A DNA stretch of 63,875 bases, the filler included, from Rozella allomycis CSF55 (Eukaryota): the NCBI GenBank assembly GCA_000442015.1. It is 9 parts of 9 records of this genome, joined end to end, with 100 filler letters (N's around TTAATTAATTAA, not from the genome) between each part and the next. Parts side by side here need not be neighbours in the genome. Positions count along the whole stretch, not along the records: positions 1 to 5,494 come from KE561173.1; positions 5,595 to 20,314 come from KE561177.1; 7 more parts are not named here. One strand, given 5' to 3'. The notes under the pieces are model-generated. The model was not told the DNA's origin and did not search any database. It saw nothing but the letters and a program-made list of their open reading frames with translations. Position 1 is the first letter of the stretch. Each line of letters starts with the position of its first letter. The position numbers and the translations under genes were made by a program. Below are positions 1-12,799 of the stretch, piece after piece.

Positions 1-447
1 GGTGTGAAAAATTCTTCTTGTGTGACTTTACTTTTGGTTGCAGTGCTAGTTCCTGGTTGTGATTGTTCCATTGGTTTTTCCTTTCTTTGATTTGATACTG
101 GATTGTTTCTAGAGACATCAATTTCAATATATTCTTTTGCAACTTCATTGAACACTGCGTGACAAGTAACAATTACTTTTTGTTCCTATAGGAACGAATC
201 GCCATCGCTTTGAATTTTCATCATATCCGACCATTTTGCATTTAATTGAATGGTAATCCAGCTAGTTTCTGAATTGTTTTGGTATGTGTGCAAAAGCTTC
301 ACACCCGTATGTTCTGAAGTTGGATATGTCTGGTTTTCTTCCGTGATATACTTCATATGGTGTCTTGAATTCCAATGATTGTTTTCCTGTTCTGTTATGA
401 ATATAATTCGCCGCATTGATCGCTTCCCCCCACATCGATGATGGCAC
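1..447 (-). mobile_element. Ty1/copia retrotransposon remnant (integrase C-terminal region)
   Basis: ORF 262..447 reads WGEAINAANYIHNR...TPYEVYHGRKPDISNFRTYGCEAF, typical of the copia integrase/SH3 region; disrupted downstream. Confidence 0.9.
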
Positions 448-3400
448 GACACATCAATCAAATCACAAAGACCATTACATATCCTCTACCGCTGATAAAC
501 GAGATACTTGAAGCCATGAAAAGATCAGTCAGTGGTCTTGACTTGAATGCGGTATTTCATCAATTCAAAGTTAAAGAGGAAGATCAAGTCAAAACACCTT
601 TACATGGAATGGGAAGCTGTACAAAAACTTTATTGGAGCTCCATTCGGCTCAAGAACATTCCTGCTTAATTCCAAAATGTGATGACCAACTTTTTGAGCA
701 AATATGATTTTGTGAAGGTTTACAAGTCTTACCAAGAACATTTTAGGCATGTATCTATTGTCCAAAATTCAAATTTGCCTGTCAAGAGATGAATGTTCTT
801 GGATTCAAAATAGACAGAAATGGAATCACTATTGTTCCGGAAAAGCTCTTAATAATGGATGATTGGGACGTTCCAGTCAATGGTCATATGATTGAACAAC
901 AGTTTGAAGTAGCCTGATTTTAACAAACCTTTTATTGATGCCAGAGATGCTTCAAGCAGAGGCCTCGGAGCCGTGCTTTATCAGCAAGAGGACGNTAGTT
1001 GCTTCCAGCAGAGGCCTCGGGGCCGTGCTTTATCAGCAGGAGGATGGCGAAGACCAATATGTTTGTTTCGCTTTAAGAGCACTAACCCAAGGTGAAAGAA
1101 ACTACAGTGAAACAAACAAGAATTGGCGGGAATAATATTTGCTCTAAAGAAGTTTCATAACTGTGTTTATGGAAACCATTTTACCCTATATACGGACCAT
1201 CGAGCTCTTGCTTTTCTCTTTACACAAAAGCATGTTAATGCCATGATGAATAGTTGGATAGATTTATTATTNCGCCTCAAGACCACTAACCCAAGGTGAA
1301 AGAAACTTTAGCGCAACAGAAAGAGAATTGGCGGGAATAACATTTGCGTTAAAAAAGTTTCATAACTATGTTTATGGAAGTCATTTTACTCTATATACNT
1401 GCCTCAAGACCACTAACCCAAGGTGAAAGAAACTATAGCGCAACAGAAAGAGAATTGGCGGGAATAACATTTGCTTTAAAAAAGTTTCATAACTATGTTT
1501 ATGGAAGTCATTTTACTCTATATACNTTATATGTTTGTTTCTAACCCAAGGCGAATGACACTACAGTGCATCAAAAAGAGAATTAGCGCGAATTATATTT
1601 GCTTTAAAGATGTGTCATAACTACGTTTATGGAAGACATTTTACCCTATATACAGATCATCGAGCTCTTGCTTGTCTTTACACAAAAGCATGTCAATGCT
1701 ACATGGATTTACTTGTGGAGTACGATTTCCAAATCGTACCCAGGCCGGGAATACTAAACATTCTCCCTGACAAACTAAGTCGGATTTACGACGCTAGTCC
1801 TTTGAAAGAAGGTCAACAACCTAAGATCATGAAAATACATAAGGACAAATGATTTGTAAACAACCCATTGATGTTATCGGACAGGATATTTAGAAGGATT
1901 GAAAAACATAGAGGACCATCTCTATGGAGCTCTTGGCTAATCCTAGAAATAACAAGCTGCATATTTTCTGTATCAATAAAAAAGAATGTTTCAAACTACC
2001 ACTAGGAAACGAAGTTATTTGGGCAGAACCCAAAGAAGATCTTATTCACAAACTTCTAGTGAAACTAATAATGGATAAGTCAAAGGGATCCATTTTAACA
2101 CCGATAAAAGAAAACGAAGTTGGTTTAAGTTAAAGGAATACACAATCTCCAATCCAATAGTAATCACAACTAGTGAAGAAACATTTATAAAGATGGATAG
2201 CAATATTCCTTCCTATAACCAATTTGTAGTGTGGAAAATAGAACAAGAACGTTGACTTTATTAATTATACAGAGCTGGAGTTTCAACAGGAAGTGAGAGA
2301 CATTTCNATAAGATCATGAAAATACATAAGGACGAAGGATTTGCAAACAACCCATTGATGTTATTTCTTAACCGTTCTATGAGAGAACGTCACAGGATAT
2401 TTAGAAGGATTGAACAACATAGGGGACCCTTCTCTATGGAGCTCTNTGGATTAAAATTGTCGCAACCCTCCAAGAGGATTTTTTACAAAATCCAACTCTG
2501 GAACACGACAAAATTTAACTAAACAAGCACATGAAATCGGACATTTTGGGAAAAATCAATGGTGAAACAGATAAGATCGAAGGGCTTCAATTGGCCATCC
2601 ATCAGATCAGACTTTGCNGTTAACATTCCGATCAAGGAGATTAAAATTGTTGAAACCCCCCAGGAGGATTCGCTACAAAATCCAACTCTGGAACAACGAG
2701 AAAATCTAATTAAACAAGCTCANAGACGATTGATACAAAGGAAAAGCAAAACACGAATGTTGAATATATCAATTATACAGAGCTGGAGTTCCAACAGGAA
2801 GTGAGAGACATTTCACAGATCAACCTTCCGATCAAGTGGATTAAAATTGTCGCAACCCTCCAAGAGGATTTTTTACAAAATCCAACTCTGGAACACGACA
2901 AAATTTAACTAAACAAGCACATGAAATCGGACATTTTGGGAAAAATCAATGGTGAAACAGATAAGATCGAAGGGCTTCAATTGGCCATCCATCAGATCAG
3001 ACTTTGCATAGACTGTCAGAGGTTCAACATAGGAAAAATTGGATTTCATCCGTTGAATTCCACAACTTGTATGTTACCATTCGACGAGGTCTCTATGGAC
3101 TTGAAGGAATTTTCATTATCCAAAAGAAAGAATATATATCACACATGTACAAGATTTATATTTCCTAGTGCCCTACAAGATAAGGAAATAAAAACAATAG
3201 CAACAACATTGTCTTCTCTGTTTTGTGAACTCGGGTTCCCAAAGAGCATTCGATCGGATAACGGTCGAGAATTTCTTAATAGAATCATTTCCGAAATGTT
3301 GCAATTATCCAACATTAATCAGATGTTCATCATACCTCACAACCCTAGAGCTAATGGAATAGGGTAAGGTTTATTGGGACAGTAGCGAACACAATTTACA

Positions 3401-3850
3401 AGAATTTAAGAGGACAAGATACAGAATGGGATAATTTTATTGATCACACTCAATACATTCTAAACTTGAGAGTGCCCGACACAACCAAGGCCACTCCATT
3501 TTCTTTAATGTTCGCGAGACAACCGAACTATTTCAAAGATTTCAATAATTACATATTTCTCCAAGAAATATCTAAAAAGGCGTTGATACAGAGACTCAAT
3601 TACATGAGACAGATTTTATATCCCGAAGTCAACAGAATAGCCAGAAACAAAGCGTATCTGGAAGGGGGTAAGTTCTTGAAGAACAATCGGATTAAATTGT
3701 TCCAACCAGGAGCATTCGTAATGTCTAAGAAATCAGAACCCCATTACCCAGGGCCTTTCAAGATTGTAAGACGAAACAAAGCAGGAGCGTACATCTTATA
3801 AGGACCAGATGGAACTTTATACACAAGACCTCCTCATGTCTTAAACTTTT
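438..3850 (+). mobile_element. Degenerate Ty3/gypsy pol (RT, RNase H, integrase)
   Basis: Fragments YPLPLINE..LDL (RT), ASSRGLGAVLYQ..ERNYS and FTLYTDHRAL (RNase H), CIDCQR and GFPKSIRSDNGREF..HNPRANG (integrase), YPGPFKI (GPY/F); many frameshifts and single-n joins. Confidence 0.92.
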
Positions 3851-4009
3851 TTAAGGGGATAATCCCTAATATTGACAAGACCGTAATAATCAACACTTGT
3901 ACAACCGTTTATCAATTAGCTATTAAGACAAGCCCTAATAAATGTTTTGCACTTAATGAACTTTCTCGTTTCCAAGATTCTCCTAGAAATATTCATTGGT
4001 TATGTCTTA

Positions 4010-5250
4010 AGAGCCTTCTTCAACTAAAAAGTCGACTTTTGAAAAATAGATAATTTTGTAAAATTCGTAAATAAACCCTTGCTTAAAGACAAATTTCCTA
4101 CTTTTTTGAAAAGTAGCTACCCTAGCTACTTTTTTTAGGAAATATCTACTTTTGCAATTTATGAGCTCAATGTTAAAAATGAAGGAAAAAATTGCACAGT
4201 ATTGCTATTTCAATTACCACTAGTGCTGCCTTTACAATTTTGGCCACTGTTGCAAGTGATGGAAGATCACATCGTTCCAAAGTAAAACGTAAATTTTCCA
4301 CCCGAATAACGCCTTGGCATGTTGTCCAACGTCATGTGGAATATTTTGAAGGTTGGTTTGTCGACAGATTAAGATGTAATAGGCGCTCGTTTGACAAAAT
4401 TGTGGATGAAATTGAAAAAAGATTGGAGAAAAACATGTTTTCCAATCGGAAAAAAGGCATATTTTAAAATTCGGGAACATGTTGCTGCTACCTCGCACTA
4501 TTTGGCGCATGGGGGTACAGTTACATCTAGTGCTAAAATCTTTGGAATGAGTCAAGCAGTGGCTTTTCGTGCAATCAGAAATGTAATATCGGTACTTCTT
4601 TCAATAAACAACAAATGGATTAAAATTCCTAACAGTAACGCTGAATGGAGATCTATTATGAATGACTTTGAGAAAATTGCAGGTTTAAATGGTGTTTGTG
4701 GCGCAGTCGATGGTACCTTAATAGAAATAAATCGGCCCCTGGACTTTGAAGGTTGGTATTGTCGAAAAGGTTACCCAGCAAAAATATTATCTTACTCCGT
4801 TCGCCCTGGATCTTTTAATTATCAGGGTATATTTAATATGTCAAATGTTGGATCACATATAGCAAAAATTATACCTAAAGGATGTTGCCGATACTGGTTA
4901 TAAGTTAACAGAAAACGTTATTTACTCCATATCCCATCACGGACGCGATGTTATGGGAACACAGAAACTTTAAATATTTGCATTCCAAAACTAGAATTAT
5001 TGTTGAAGCTGCAATAGGGATTATAAAAAATCGTTTTCGCGTTTTAAAATCACCGCTAAAACAAAAAAGTACTTCCAAAATGTCGAGTATAGTTCATTCG
5101 TGTTTTGTTTTGCACAATATGATAATGGATTTTAAAGATTCGGCAATGGATACTGACATATTAGAATATGATGGGGAAGATAATGTTGAAAGGAATTCAG
5201 AAGCAGCTGTGACTGGCGCAGCACGACGAGATATAATAATGCGCTAATTG
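4010..5250 (+). mobile_element. PIF/Harbinger (HARBI1-like) DDE transposase pseudogene
   Basis: GAVDGTLIEINRP..WYCRKG (D1), ADTGY near 4888 (D2), HSKTRIIVEAAIGIIKNRFRVL..CFVLHN (E); upstream palindromes aaaagtcgactttt and aaaagtagcta-ccc-tagctactttt; left boundary approximate. Confidence 0.88.
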
Positions 5251-5494
5251 TGTAAAAACTAGTATAAATAATCGACTTGAAATTGTTTATTCATAACTTT
5301 CAGATTTTACAGATTATAAAACTTGAAATTCTTAGCCCGAAACCTGACCGTGAACCTTAGTCAAAAAAGTGGATTTTTTGCAAAATGCTTATTTTATCAT
5401 AAATATTAAAAATATGTTGAAACTAGACGTTTTTATGTCAAGAATATTAAATTTATTGCCAATTAATTTAATAAATTAAATGGAAATTTACTAA

Positions 5495-5594
5495 NNNNNN
5501 NNNNNNNNNNNNNNNNNNNNNNNNNNNNNNNNNNNNNNTTAATTAATTAANNNNNNNNNNNNNNNNNNNNNNNNNNNNNNNNNNNNNNNNNNNN
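5495..5594. other. Artificial contig linker (44N-TTAATTAATTAA-44N)
   Basis: The same 100-bp linker with stops in all frames recurs at 20315-20414, 30117-30216, 37393-37492, 48302-48401, 50391-50490, 61285-61384 and 62438-62537. Confidence 0.98.
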
Positions 5595-5892
5595 TGGCTG
5601 ATTTGAAAGATTATTATAAATAAATTCTTTAACTAATAAAAAAAAATTAAAAACAAAGTTATGACGTCAATTTTAAGAACATCTATTCATAGCTTTAACA
5701 AAACGATTTAGGTGTTCACACAAATTAAGTATTTTTTTTAAATATATACAATTAAGTCAATAATCGTATTTATTAAGGATGAGGGATCCACATCGTCAAA
5801 ATCACCAAGGAGTCGAACCTTGCCTCACCCTAANATCGTCAAAATCACCAAGGAGTCGAACCTTGCCTCACCCTAAACCCCCCCCCGCAGAA

Positions 5893-5962
5893 AATTGGGT
5901 GGGGATCGAACCATGCACCTAGACGTCCAAAAGCATCATGGTTTGCCACTAGACCAAAGGAA
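5893..5962 (-). pseudogene. tRNA-like remnant or tRNA-derived SINE head
   Basis: Minus strand has A-box TGGTCTAGTGG and B-box GGTTCGATCCC at tRNA-like spacing, but the acceptor stem does not pair; a second T-arm-like hairpin caagg-ttcgact-ccttg lies near 5806-5822. Confidence 0.45.
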
Positions 5963-6199
5963 GTATGTCATTTAAAATAGCATTCCAAATTGCGATGATT
6001 TGGAGAGTTCGGAAAATATACAATTATTGCACACAGCACAACGGGTAGTACCAAGGGAGAAGGTAGAGACCTACTTTGAAAAAACGGAGATAATAAAGTA
6101 AATTCAACACAGACAATGGCATTTTGAATTTTAAATATCCGTAAAATAATGACGTTGATTGTGACGAATCAATAATCATTGCAATGACTGCAAAAGTAA

Positions 6200-6640
6200 A
6201 AGTCATTACGTTGCGAACTGACACACACTATTACGGCTCCCTTAGTAATAACAAACTTGGCTATGCATCCATAATTATCATAAAACTTTCCATAACTAAA
6301 TAATTATTTCCGGCAGAATACTCGGACAACCGTCCTCTACAAGGCCTGAACAATTCGCCATTATCAAGGGTCTGACCCAATGCCCGGCAAATGCCAACAT
6401 TAAAGTATTTAGTGGCTGCCAAAACGCTCTTACAATTATGAAAGCAATTTTTTCAAAGTTCCCACACCACACGCTCAAAACCCACCAAAACTCCTAACTT
6501 GAATATTGTGGACCATGCCCTGTACCTCCGAGCACAATTCGCAGACTGAATTGTTTTTGAACATGTAAAGGGGCACTCAGGAATAGAATTAAATGAAATA
6601 GCCGAACCACAAGGTAAAGCGGCCACACAGACAAACATAG
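6200..6640 (+). mobile_element. RNase H domain remnant of a non-LTR retrotransposon
   Basis: Plus frame near 6550 reads IVFEHVKGHSGIELNEIAE, matching the RNase H 'H-V-K-G-H-x-G-x-x-x-N-E-x-A-D' motif; degenerate upstream. Confidence 0.75.
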
Positions 6641-7499
6641 TTCATTACATTCCTACTTTACCTAATCAACAAAACTACTACTTATACCATAACGATATTC
6701 TTATAACACAACCGCCTCGATTAAGATCACGCGTAAGTCCCTGGATTGTCCTTACAATCGCTGTGGTACTTGAGGGCACATCTACGGTATACAAAATAAA
6801 GCCATAAATAAATAAATAAGTAAACAGCCAGCGTGAAGAAATGAGCCCTGATAATCTCGTGTTCTTCTCGTATAGGCGTCTGAAGGTTTAAACTGTCAAA
6901 TTATTAGTATTGTAAACATATAAATCCAAGGGATATAATAACAAGAAAGCAGTCAATAAAGCAAATGCCAATCAACAACAAAAACGAAACAATTAAATAA
7001 AGCATAGAGCACTCTTTTGTGTTTATCTGAAAGACTTTACTAATACTAGGCTAGGTCGTCTAAAGCTCGGAAGGTACAAACCTATGATGCTAAGGAAATC
7101 ACCTAAACCTAGATTAATCCTATCAGGACTGGTCCTACCTTTTATCCTCGGACTTCCAAAATACTCTATTTTGGGGTATACCACTTCGAAAGGAGCCTGG
7201 TGCAAGCCATCTCCTCACGAAACCCATCAAATGCAATGCCTTAATTATTACTTTCTTGTTAATTATAAAAAACTATTTAATATTGGATATCTCAAAAACA
7301 ACTTACTTGTAGGTTTTCGCTGAATATCTACCTCTCCAGGTATACTCTGTCACTCCCAGCCTTCGTGCTGGGGATTATATCTTCATCATCTTGCTCTTTA
7401 GAAATAAAGCAAATTCTAATTATATTGAAATCTCGTTTAAACTTCTACATTTATTGTTGCTTCTTAATATCTTATCAAACACAACTTAAGCGAAAGACC

Positions 7500-10299
7500 C
7501 ATGGGTTAGCGAAAATCGAATGGGGATGACTTTCCAGAACTGCCATCAAACACATTACATACTCACTATGTATGTCATATAAACTTTGCTTCCAGTACCT
7601 CTGGTAACATGACTCGAAAATCTTACGGTCGAGTCCTAAATATTCAGCTCAACGCACTAAACAAAAAGGAAGGAGTAGAAAAGGCCATCAAAATGGTAGC
7701 GAACTACTCCGTTTTGTACCCGTATATGAACGAGGTCAATAAAACTTTCTTAATAGCGTATGAATTTGATCATGAATTAAAAGACTATAACCTAAAGAAT
7801 ATACAGGAATACATAACTAAGCATAATTTAATAAATGAACACGTCTTACTAAAAATCAAAATGACCTCCCAGAAAGCTGTATTTATGGACTTGCCAGGAA
7901 TTAAAGTTGAAACTGCGCAATACGTGACAGTCCATCCGAAAAGAGAATTCGACGACGCCTTTCAAAGAAACAGAAAGAAATCTGATTTTGCTATTAAGCG
8001 AGTTAAAAATAATATGAAAGAGAAACAGAGAAATGTTTGCTAGGTAACATGTTGGACCCATGCCCAGCATATCGCGCCTCTGAAACTCAATTACGGCAAC
8101 CGCTTCCATGGCCGTCAGTGAAAACGAAGACCACTTCAGAAATAGTGGTCCAAACTTGCTTGCGTAGAAACAGAAGAAAGGCAATTTGAATTCCTTTGAC
8201 AAAATATCGAAAGAATTGCTGTCGCCTTTAGTCGCCGCAGTAAATTCCAATCTCAAAAATTTCTATACCTCGAAACTTTCACGAAAGACGATTCTGAGAT
8301 AGCAATATCCTACAATCAGACCGAGCCATTGTTCCAAGGGGAATGGAGCTTCCCAAAAAGGCACAACTAGCAACGTAAAGCACTACATGACACAAATGCG
8401 AGAAACACTGAACGTTAAAACCAGCCAACCAAAACGCCGACGTGCGCTACTTACTATCTCACCCAGCAGAGGATACTGAGTCTCACAAGAAATCTTGGAA
8501 GGATCTCGCACAGACTATAGGGGCTTGTCTAGTGAATCCTTTGAACGTCGTGCACGCAAAAGCCGATTTCGAGAGCTGAACAAGAAAGCCAATCCAACAG
8601 CCAAAACATAGGCGAGAAGGATGTAACATACGAACAGGAATTTGAAAACAATGCGCCACGATACTTAAATACTCAAACACATTAATAAATTGGGAAAGAA
8701 TATTTTAACTACAAAATTATGGAAAAGTGCATGGCCCGTGAAGAACATTTCATGGAACGCATTAAACTTACACTTAAAGGCCGTTTTTGATGACTATGAA
8801 ATCCCTGTATTAAACTACTAAATGGATCATGATTCAATATTAATTGAACCAATGCACGTTAAAAGTAAAATTTTATCATACTACAAAAACAACATCTACT
8901 CTGCACATAATAACCACCTACCAAACTTACAGCGCTTGCCCCAAGAATGGCAAGATATATATACCCCGCCGCCAATTCCACAGGGCTCAATACAAAAACT
9001 CGTGCAATGTATTACAACTGAAGAACTTCTAAATGCTCTATCAATTGCACACAAATAAAGCCCCTGGACAATCGGAAATAACCTTTGCATTGCTTACACG
9101 TTTACCACTACTCATGTTGACAATTATCACGCAATGTTGTAATAACATCATTCAATTTGGAACAATACCAACGAGTCTTCACGACATGAACCTAATCTTT
9201 CTCACAAAAGATAAAACATGGAAAGGTGACATTACCCGCACCCGCCCGATTGCCTTACTTGAGTGTATCAAGCAACTTCTGCCATCCGTAAATACCAATC
9301 AATTAAAAACATATATCTTTAAAAATGACTTCTTTAAGGGCGAACGCAGGTTTCACACCAGGGCATAATTGTACTGATGTGTTAATTTCACTGCGCACGA
9401 CTATTGATTATTCCAACGCAAACAAAAACCACTGTATATATTCAAAATAGATCTTCAAAACGCATATGACACAGTTAAACCATCGTCCATGTATTTGGCT
9501 TTACACCGACTTGGAATTCCACCAACTCCTATTAATAGTATTATAAGCTGCGCACTGCTCGGCGACAATAAACTACTAACATACTTCAGACCTACAGATG
9601 CCATTACACCAGAGAGGTCCATAGGTCCATAGCACAAGGTCCACCAACATCTTGTACACTGTTTATAGCTTACTGTGATCCGCTGCTTATAATGACCACC
9701 AAACATAACATCGGTTACAAAATTGATCGACAATTTGTAGCCACAATCGGTTATGCTTATGTCACATGGACCTTAGAGGCTCTGCAACTACCACAAACAT
9801 AAACTATACTTTCCTTGTAGTAATACACGACCAGGCTATTTGCGTCCTCAAGACTAATATAGCTAACAATCTGCTCAAAGATAACACGCGATTTCCGCAC
9901 TGTATAACATTTCTGTGTAGAAAATCAGCCATTATGGCACTTGAAAAAACCACTGATAGTAAAGTACTTGGTCGTCAACTGAGTTTGGAATCTTCCCATA
10001 GTCAAACGTTAAAACACGCTTTAAATGAATTTAAACGAACGCTAAACATTATACATAGAAAACATATCCTACTCACATTGCACAATACATCGTGCAATCA
10101 GTGATTCACCAGACATTCATCTTCCGCCTTCAAGTATCACCACTTAACCCCACCACCGACACTGTCATTACACAAGCCGTTAAATGCAAATTCCAAATAC
10201 CTCGCAACACTCCCAACTGGATGTTGGAAGCACGCATAGCACTTCACATACCTTCTATTCAGGAATCGCACACCAAAACTACGATAACAAACCTAACCC
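7500..10299 (+). mobile_element. Degenerate LINE (ORF1-like 7609..8043 plus RT fragments)
   Basis: NKAPGQSEIT, TRPIALLECIKQL, GFTPGHNC and KIDLQNAYDTV motifs of non-LTR RT in 9033-9500; many stops and frameshifts. Confidence 0.82.
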
Positions 10300-10444
10300 T
10301 ACACAAGCTAATCTGGGATGCAATCTTCAAAGGGTATGTTTTTGTAACGAACTCATGGATGGAAATAATTTTACTGCTTTATCATTTTTACTAAATAAAT
10401 TTTAACCCTGGCTTTAAAAGTTTTCGTTTCTATCTAGTTCAACA
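10300..10444 (+). repeat. Short LTR, copy 1 (5' end about 8 nt truncated)
   Basis: Aligns with 49982-50135 and with the reverse complement of 63811-63875; ends ...TTCAACA; contains AATAAA. Confidence 0.8.
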
Positions 10445-10456
10445 CAAAAACATAGA

Positions 10457-11330
10457 ATGAAGTTTGAAACTCCCAAGCCGCTAGCAAAGTATGGAAAGGC
10501 CGCTTTTTACGCTCACAAGCTCAACATTCTTGACCTCTTTGGTGCTCAAACATCCGGAAGTTCCTGTTTTACTAGACGTTTCAGCTGCTCCCGTTCCGCC
10601 AAAAGCTAACGACAAGGACTATGCTAACAAGCTGCAAGTTTAACAAAAGAGTTGCCAAATCTATGGTCATGTTAAATCTATGAACAACGAATCGCGGGAG
10701 AAGTATGAAAAATATTTAAAAGATCACGAAAAAGCGTTCTCTTTGATGAAATATTGTTTTCGGTCTCCCGAAAACAATATGGTTTTCTTACGTGATAATG
10801 CTCCTAAGACTGTTCGTGAAGCCTTTAGTTTGTATGAGAGTGTATTTAAGGCAAAAGAATTATCTGGAAATGATTTAATCAGTTGGTTAAGAGACTAATG
10901 CAAATCACATTAAAGAAAAATGGGCGCGATGAACCTGGTGAAATCCATAAATTTGTTCAAAATTTGGTTTCTAACGCCGGCATATATCGAGAGCTTATGA
11001 AAGAAGATATAGTTGAAACTGACTTGCAAGGGCAGGCTCTAACTGACAGAGAAAAACAGTTAGTTAATTCGTTTATACATGAAACAAATAAAACATGGGC
11101 GATTTTATATTATTCAAGTCAATATTTAGAATCTACGCCTGATACACCATATTTTCATGAAACTACATCTAAATTAACGACTTCTGGATACAAACATTTT
11201 AAATCTGTACAAGAGTTCCTTGACCACCTTGTAAATTTATCTCAATCGTTACTATCGTCTGTTAGAAAAATGCCTGTAGTAAATGAAAATAATGTTGAAG
11301 ATAAAAATCCTTCTGCAGCAGTGCTAATAA
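10457..11330 (+). mobile_element. Copia-like gag pseudogene directly after the short LTR
   Basis: MKFETPKPLAKYGKAAF..KL.ILD.FG, then DHEKAFSLM..KTVREAFSLYESVF..LISWLRD, resembling the copia gag pattern; second copy at 50148-50390. Confidence 0.6.
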
Positions 11331-12226
11331 TTGGTATTAGGAATTCTATATTTTTAGTTAAGGATTGTGAACAGGAGCGACGTTGAGGAGGTCTGCATCC
11401 CCGACTTTATTTTCATGTAATTTAATGAGACGCACTAATCGCATAGGCACGTGGCATGGGTCATTCCTCTGCCTGCCTAAGACCTGCAAAAGTTCCTCAC
11501 GCCAAGATTTGGTATAGTTGCCCCCCGTTAACGTCTAGCAAGGATTAATTACCAAATGGGACAAATAGTGTTAAAGATTTATAAAGTAGAGAACATGCAA
11601 AGAAATCATTATAGTTATGTTTGAGACAGGAACTCTACAATGGTTACTCAAAAAGAAAATATCATGCTTACTCTGAAACCCCCTTCTGGTTCTCCATGCT
11701 GTAATTACCGTGTTTGCGACAAACACGGGTGGGATATCAGGTTTGGTCGGATTTAATTTTGCCTTTTTGACTGCATTTGAAGCAGTTGCCAAGTACATTG
11801 CTTATGGCTGTGGTCACCAAAAAACCAAAAAGGCATATGAAGATGTTGAAATTGACTACCAAAGTTTATTAGTCGTCATTGGATAAGGACATAAAGTCGG
11901 TAATCATTTATACTGTAAATCAAAAGAAATGGACGGACTTTACGAGAGTTATAAAGATAAAAAATAAAGATACTTAAGATGGTTCAATCAAGACATATAT
12001 TTTAGAGATTAGTTTTGATACTTCGTTATACCACGCCAAAATGACGTTATGTGTTTGTTGTGCAAAGAGAGCGTACGCAACGTACCGACTCTGAACAAAA
12101 CATTGGAAAATATATTTAACACCTATTGGAAAGCAAACAGCTTGTTTCAGCTGTTTTTGTCGATCTAGACTTAGTCCTTATCTTCTGTGTCCTACGTGAT
12201 ATAATAAATATATCATATAAACTTGT

Positions 12227-12754
12227 ATGGCCTCTTTTGCAGTTTAAAAAGAGGCGAACACGATGTGAAACGAAAGGCTGCCGAAATAAGTCGACATTTT
12301 GTACTACTCTTTGTAATACATAAATACGACAATCCGATTCTCGAAGTAAAAAAAGTAGAATCCGATGGGGCAGTAGTTTACGCCAGGCAAAACGTAAAGC
12401 GTGGACAAATCGTTGGACAGTATCATGGACGACTATTAAGAGAGGAAGAAAACTGTCCATATCTAGATCGTGTTGTGTCTTTGAGGGAATTTTACAAAGT
12501 AGTGCATGACGAAAATATTACGCCTCACGAAATGCGATCGTAATATATTTGCCCCACAAACAACAGGCATGGGTTTTTGCCATTATATTAATGTAGCCAA
12601 GAAATATGACCAGGCTAACGTAACATTTGGTCGCAAGTAAATTTTATGTGAAAATAACAAGACGACAGGCTACATTGAGATCGTGGCTTAGACGAATTTA
12701 AACATAGGCGATAAAATGCTTCTATATTAAAGGCGCAAACATAATCTTGAATAA
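12227..12754 (+). pseudogene. Intronless SET-domain gene with N-terminal Cys/His cluster (decayed)
   Basis: Joined frames give RCETKGCRNKSTFCTTLCNT(H)KYDNPILEVKKVESDGAVVYARQNVKRGQIVGQYHG...FCHYINVAKKYDQANVTF...IEIVA*TNLNIGDKMLLY*, covering the SET motifs. Confidence 0.75.
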
Positions 12755-12799
12755 AACATCACAACATTCATTGAATTATTATGTGTTATATATGGATAG

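Noticed and set aside
950-1700. Three to four tandem copies of the gypsy RNase H segment (array-like)
   Set aside because: Each copy is separated by a single n and they overlap; most likely unmerged reads or contigs from different element copies. Not a CRISPR or a true tandem array.
5495-5594. TTAATTAATTAA motif recurring eight times
   Set aside because: Always centred in exactly 44+44 N; an artificial all-frame-stop contig linker. ORFs running into it are truncated artefactually.
5820-5887. CCCTAA motifs suggesting telomeric repeat
   Set aside because: Only isolated single units, duplicated across an n join; no tandem array
7350-7530. Hairpin cccagc-cttcgt-gctggg and a later cgaatgggg upstream of the LINE, reminiscent of an HDV-like ribozyme
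   Set aside because: Could not build P1 or P1.1, and the spacing is too long; only a simple hairpin is supported
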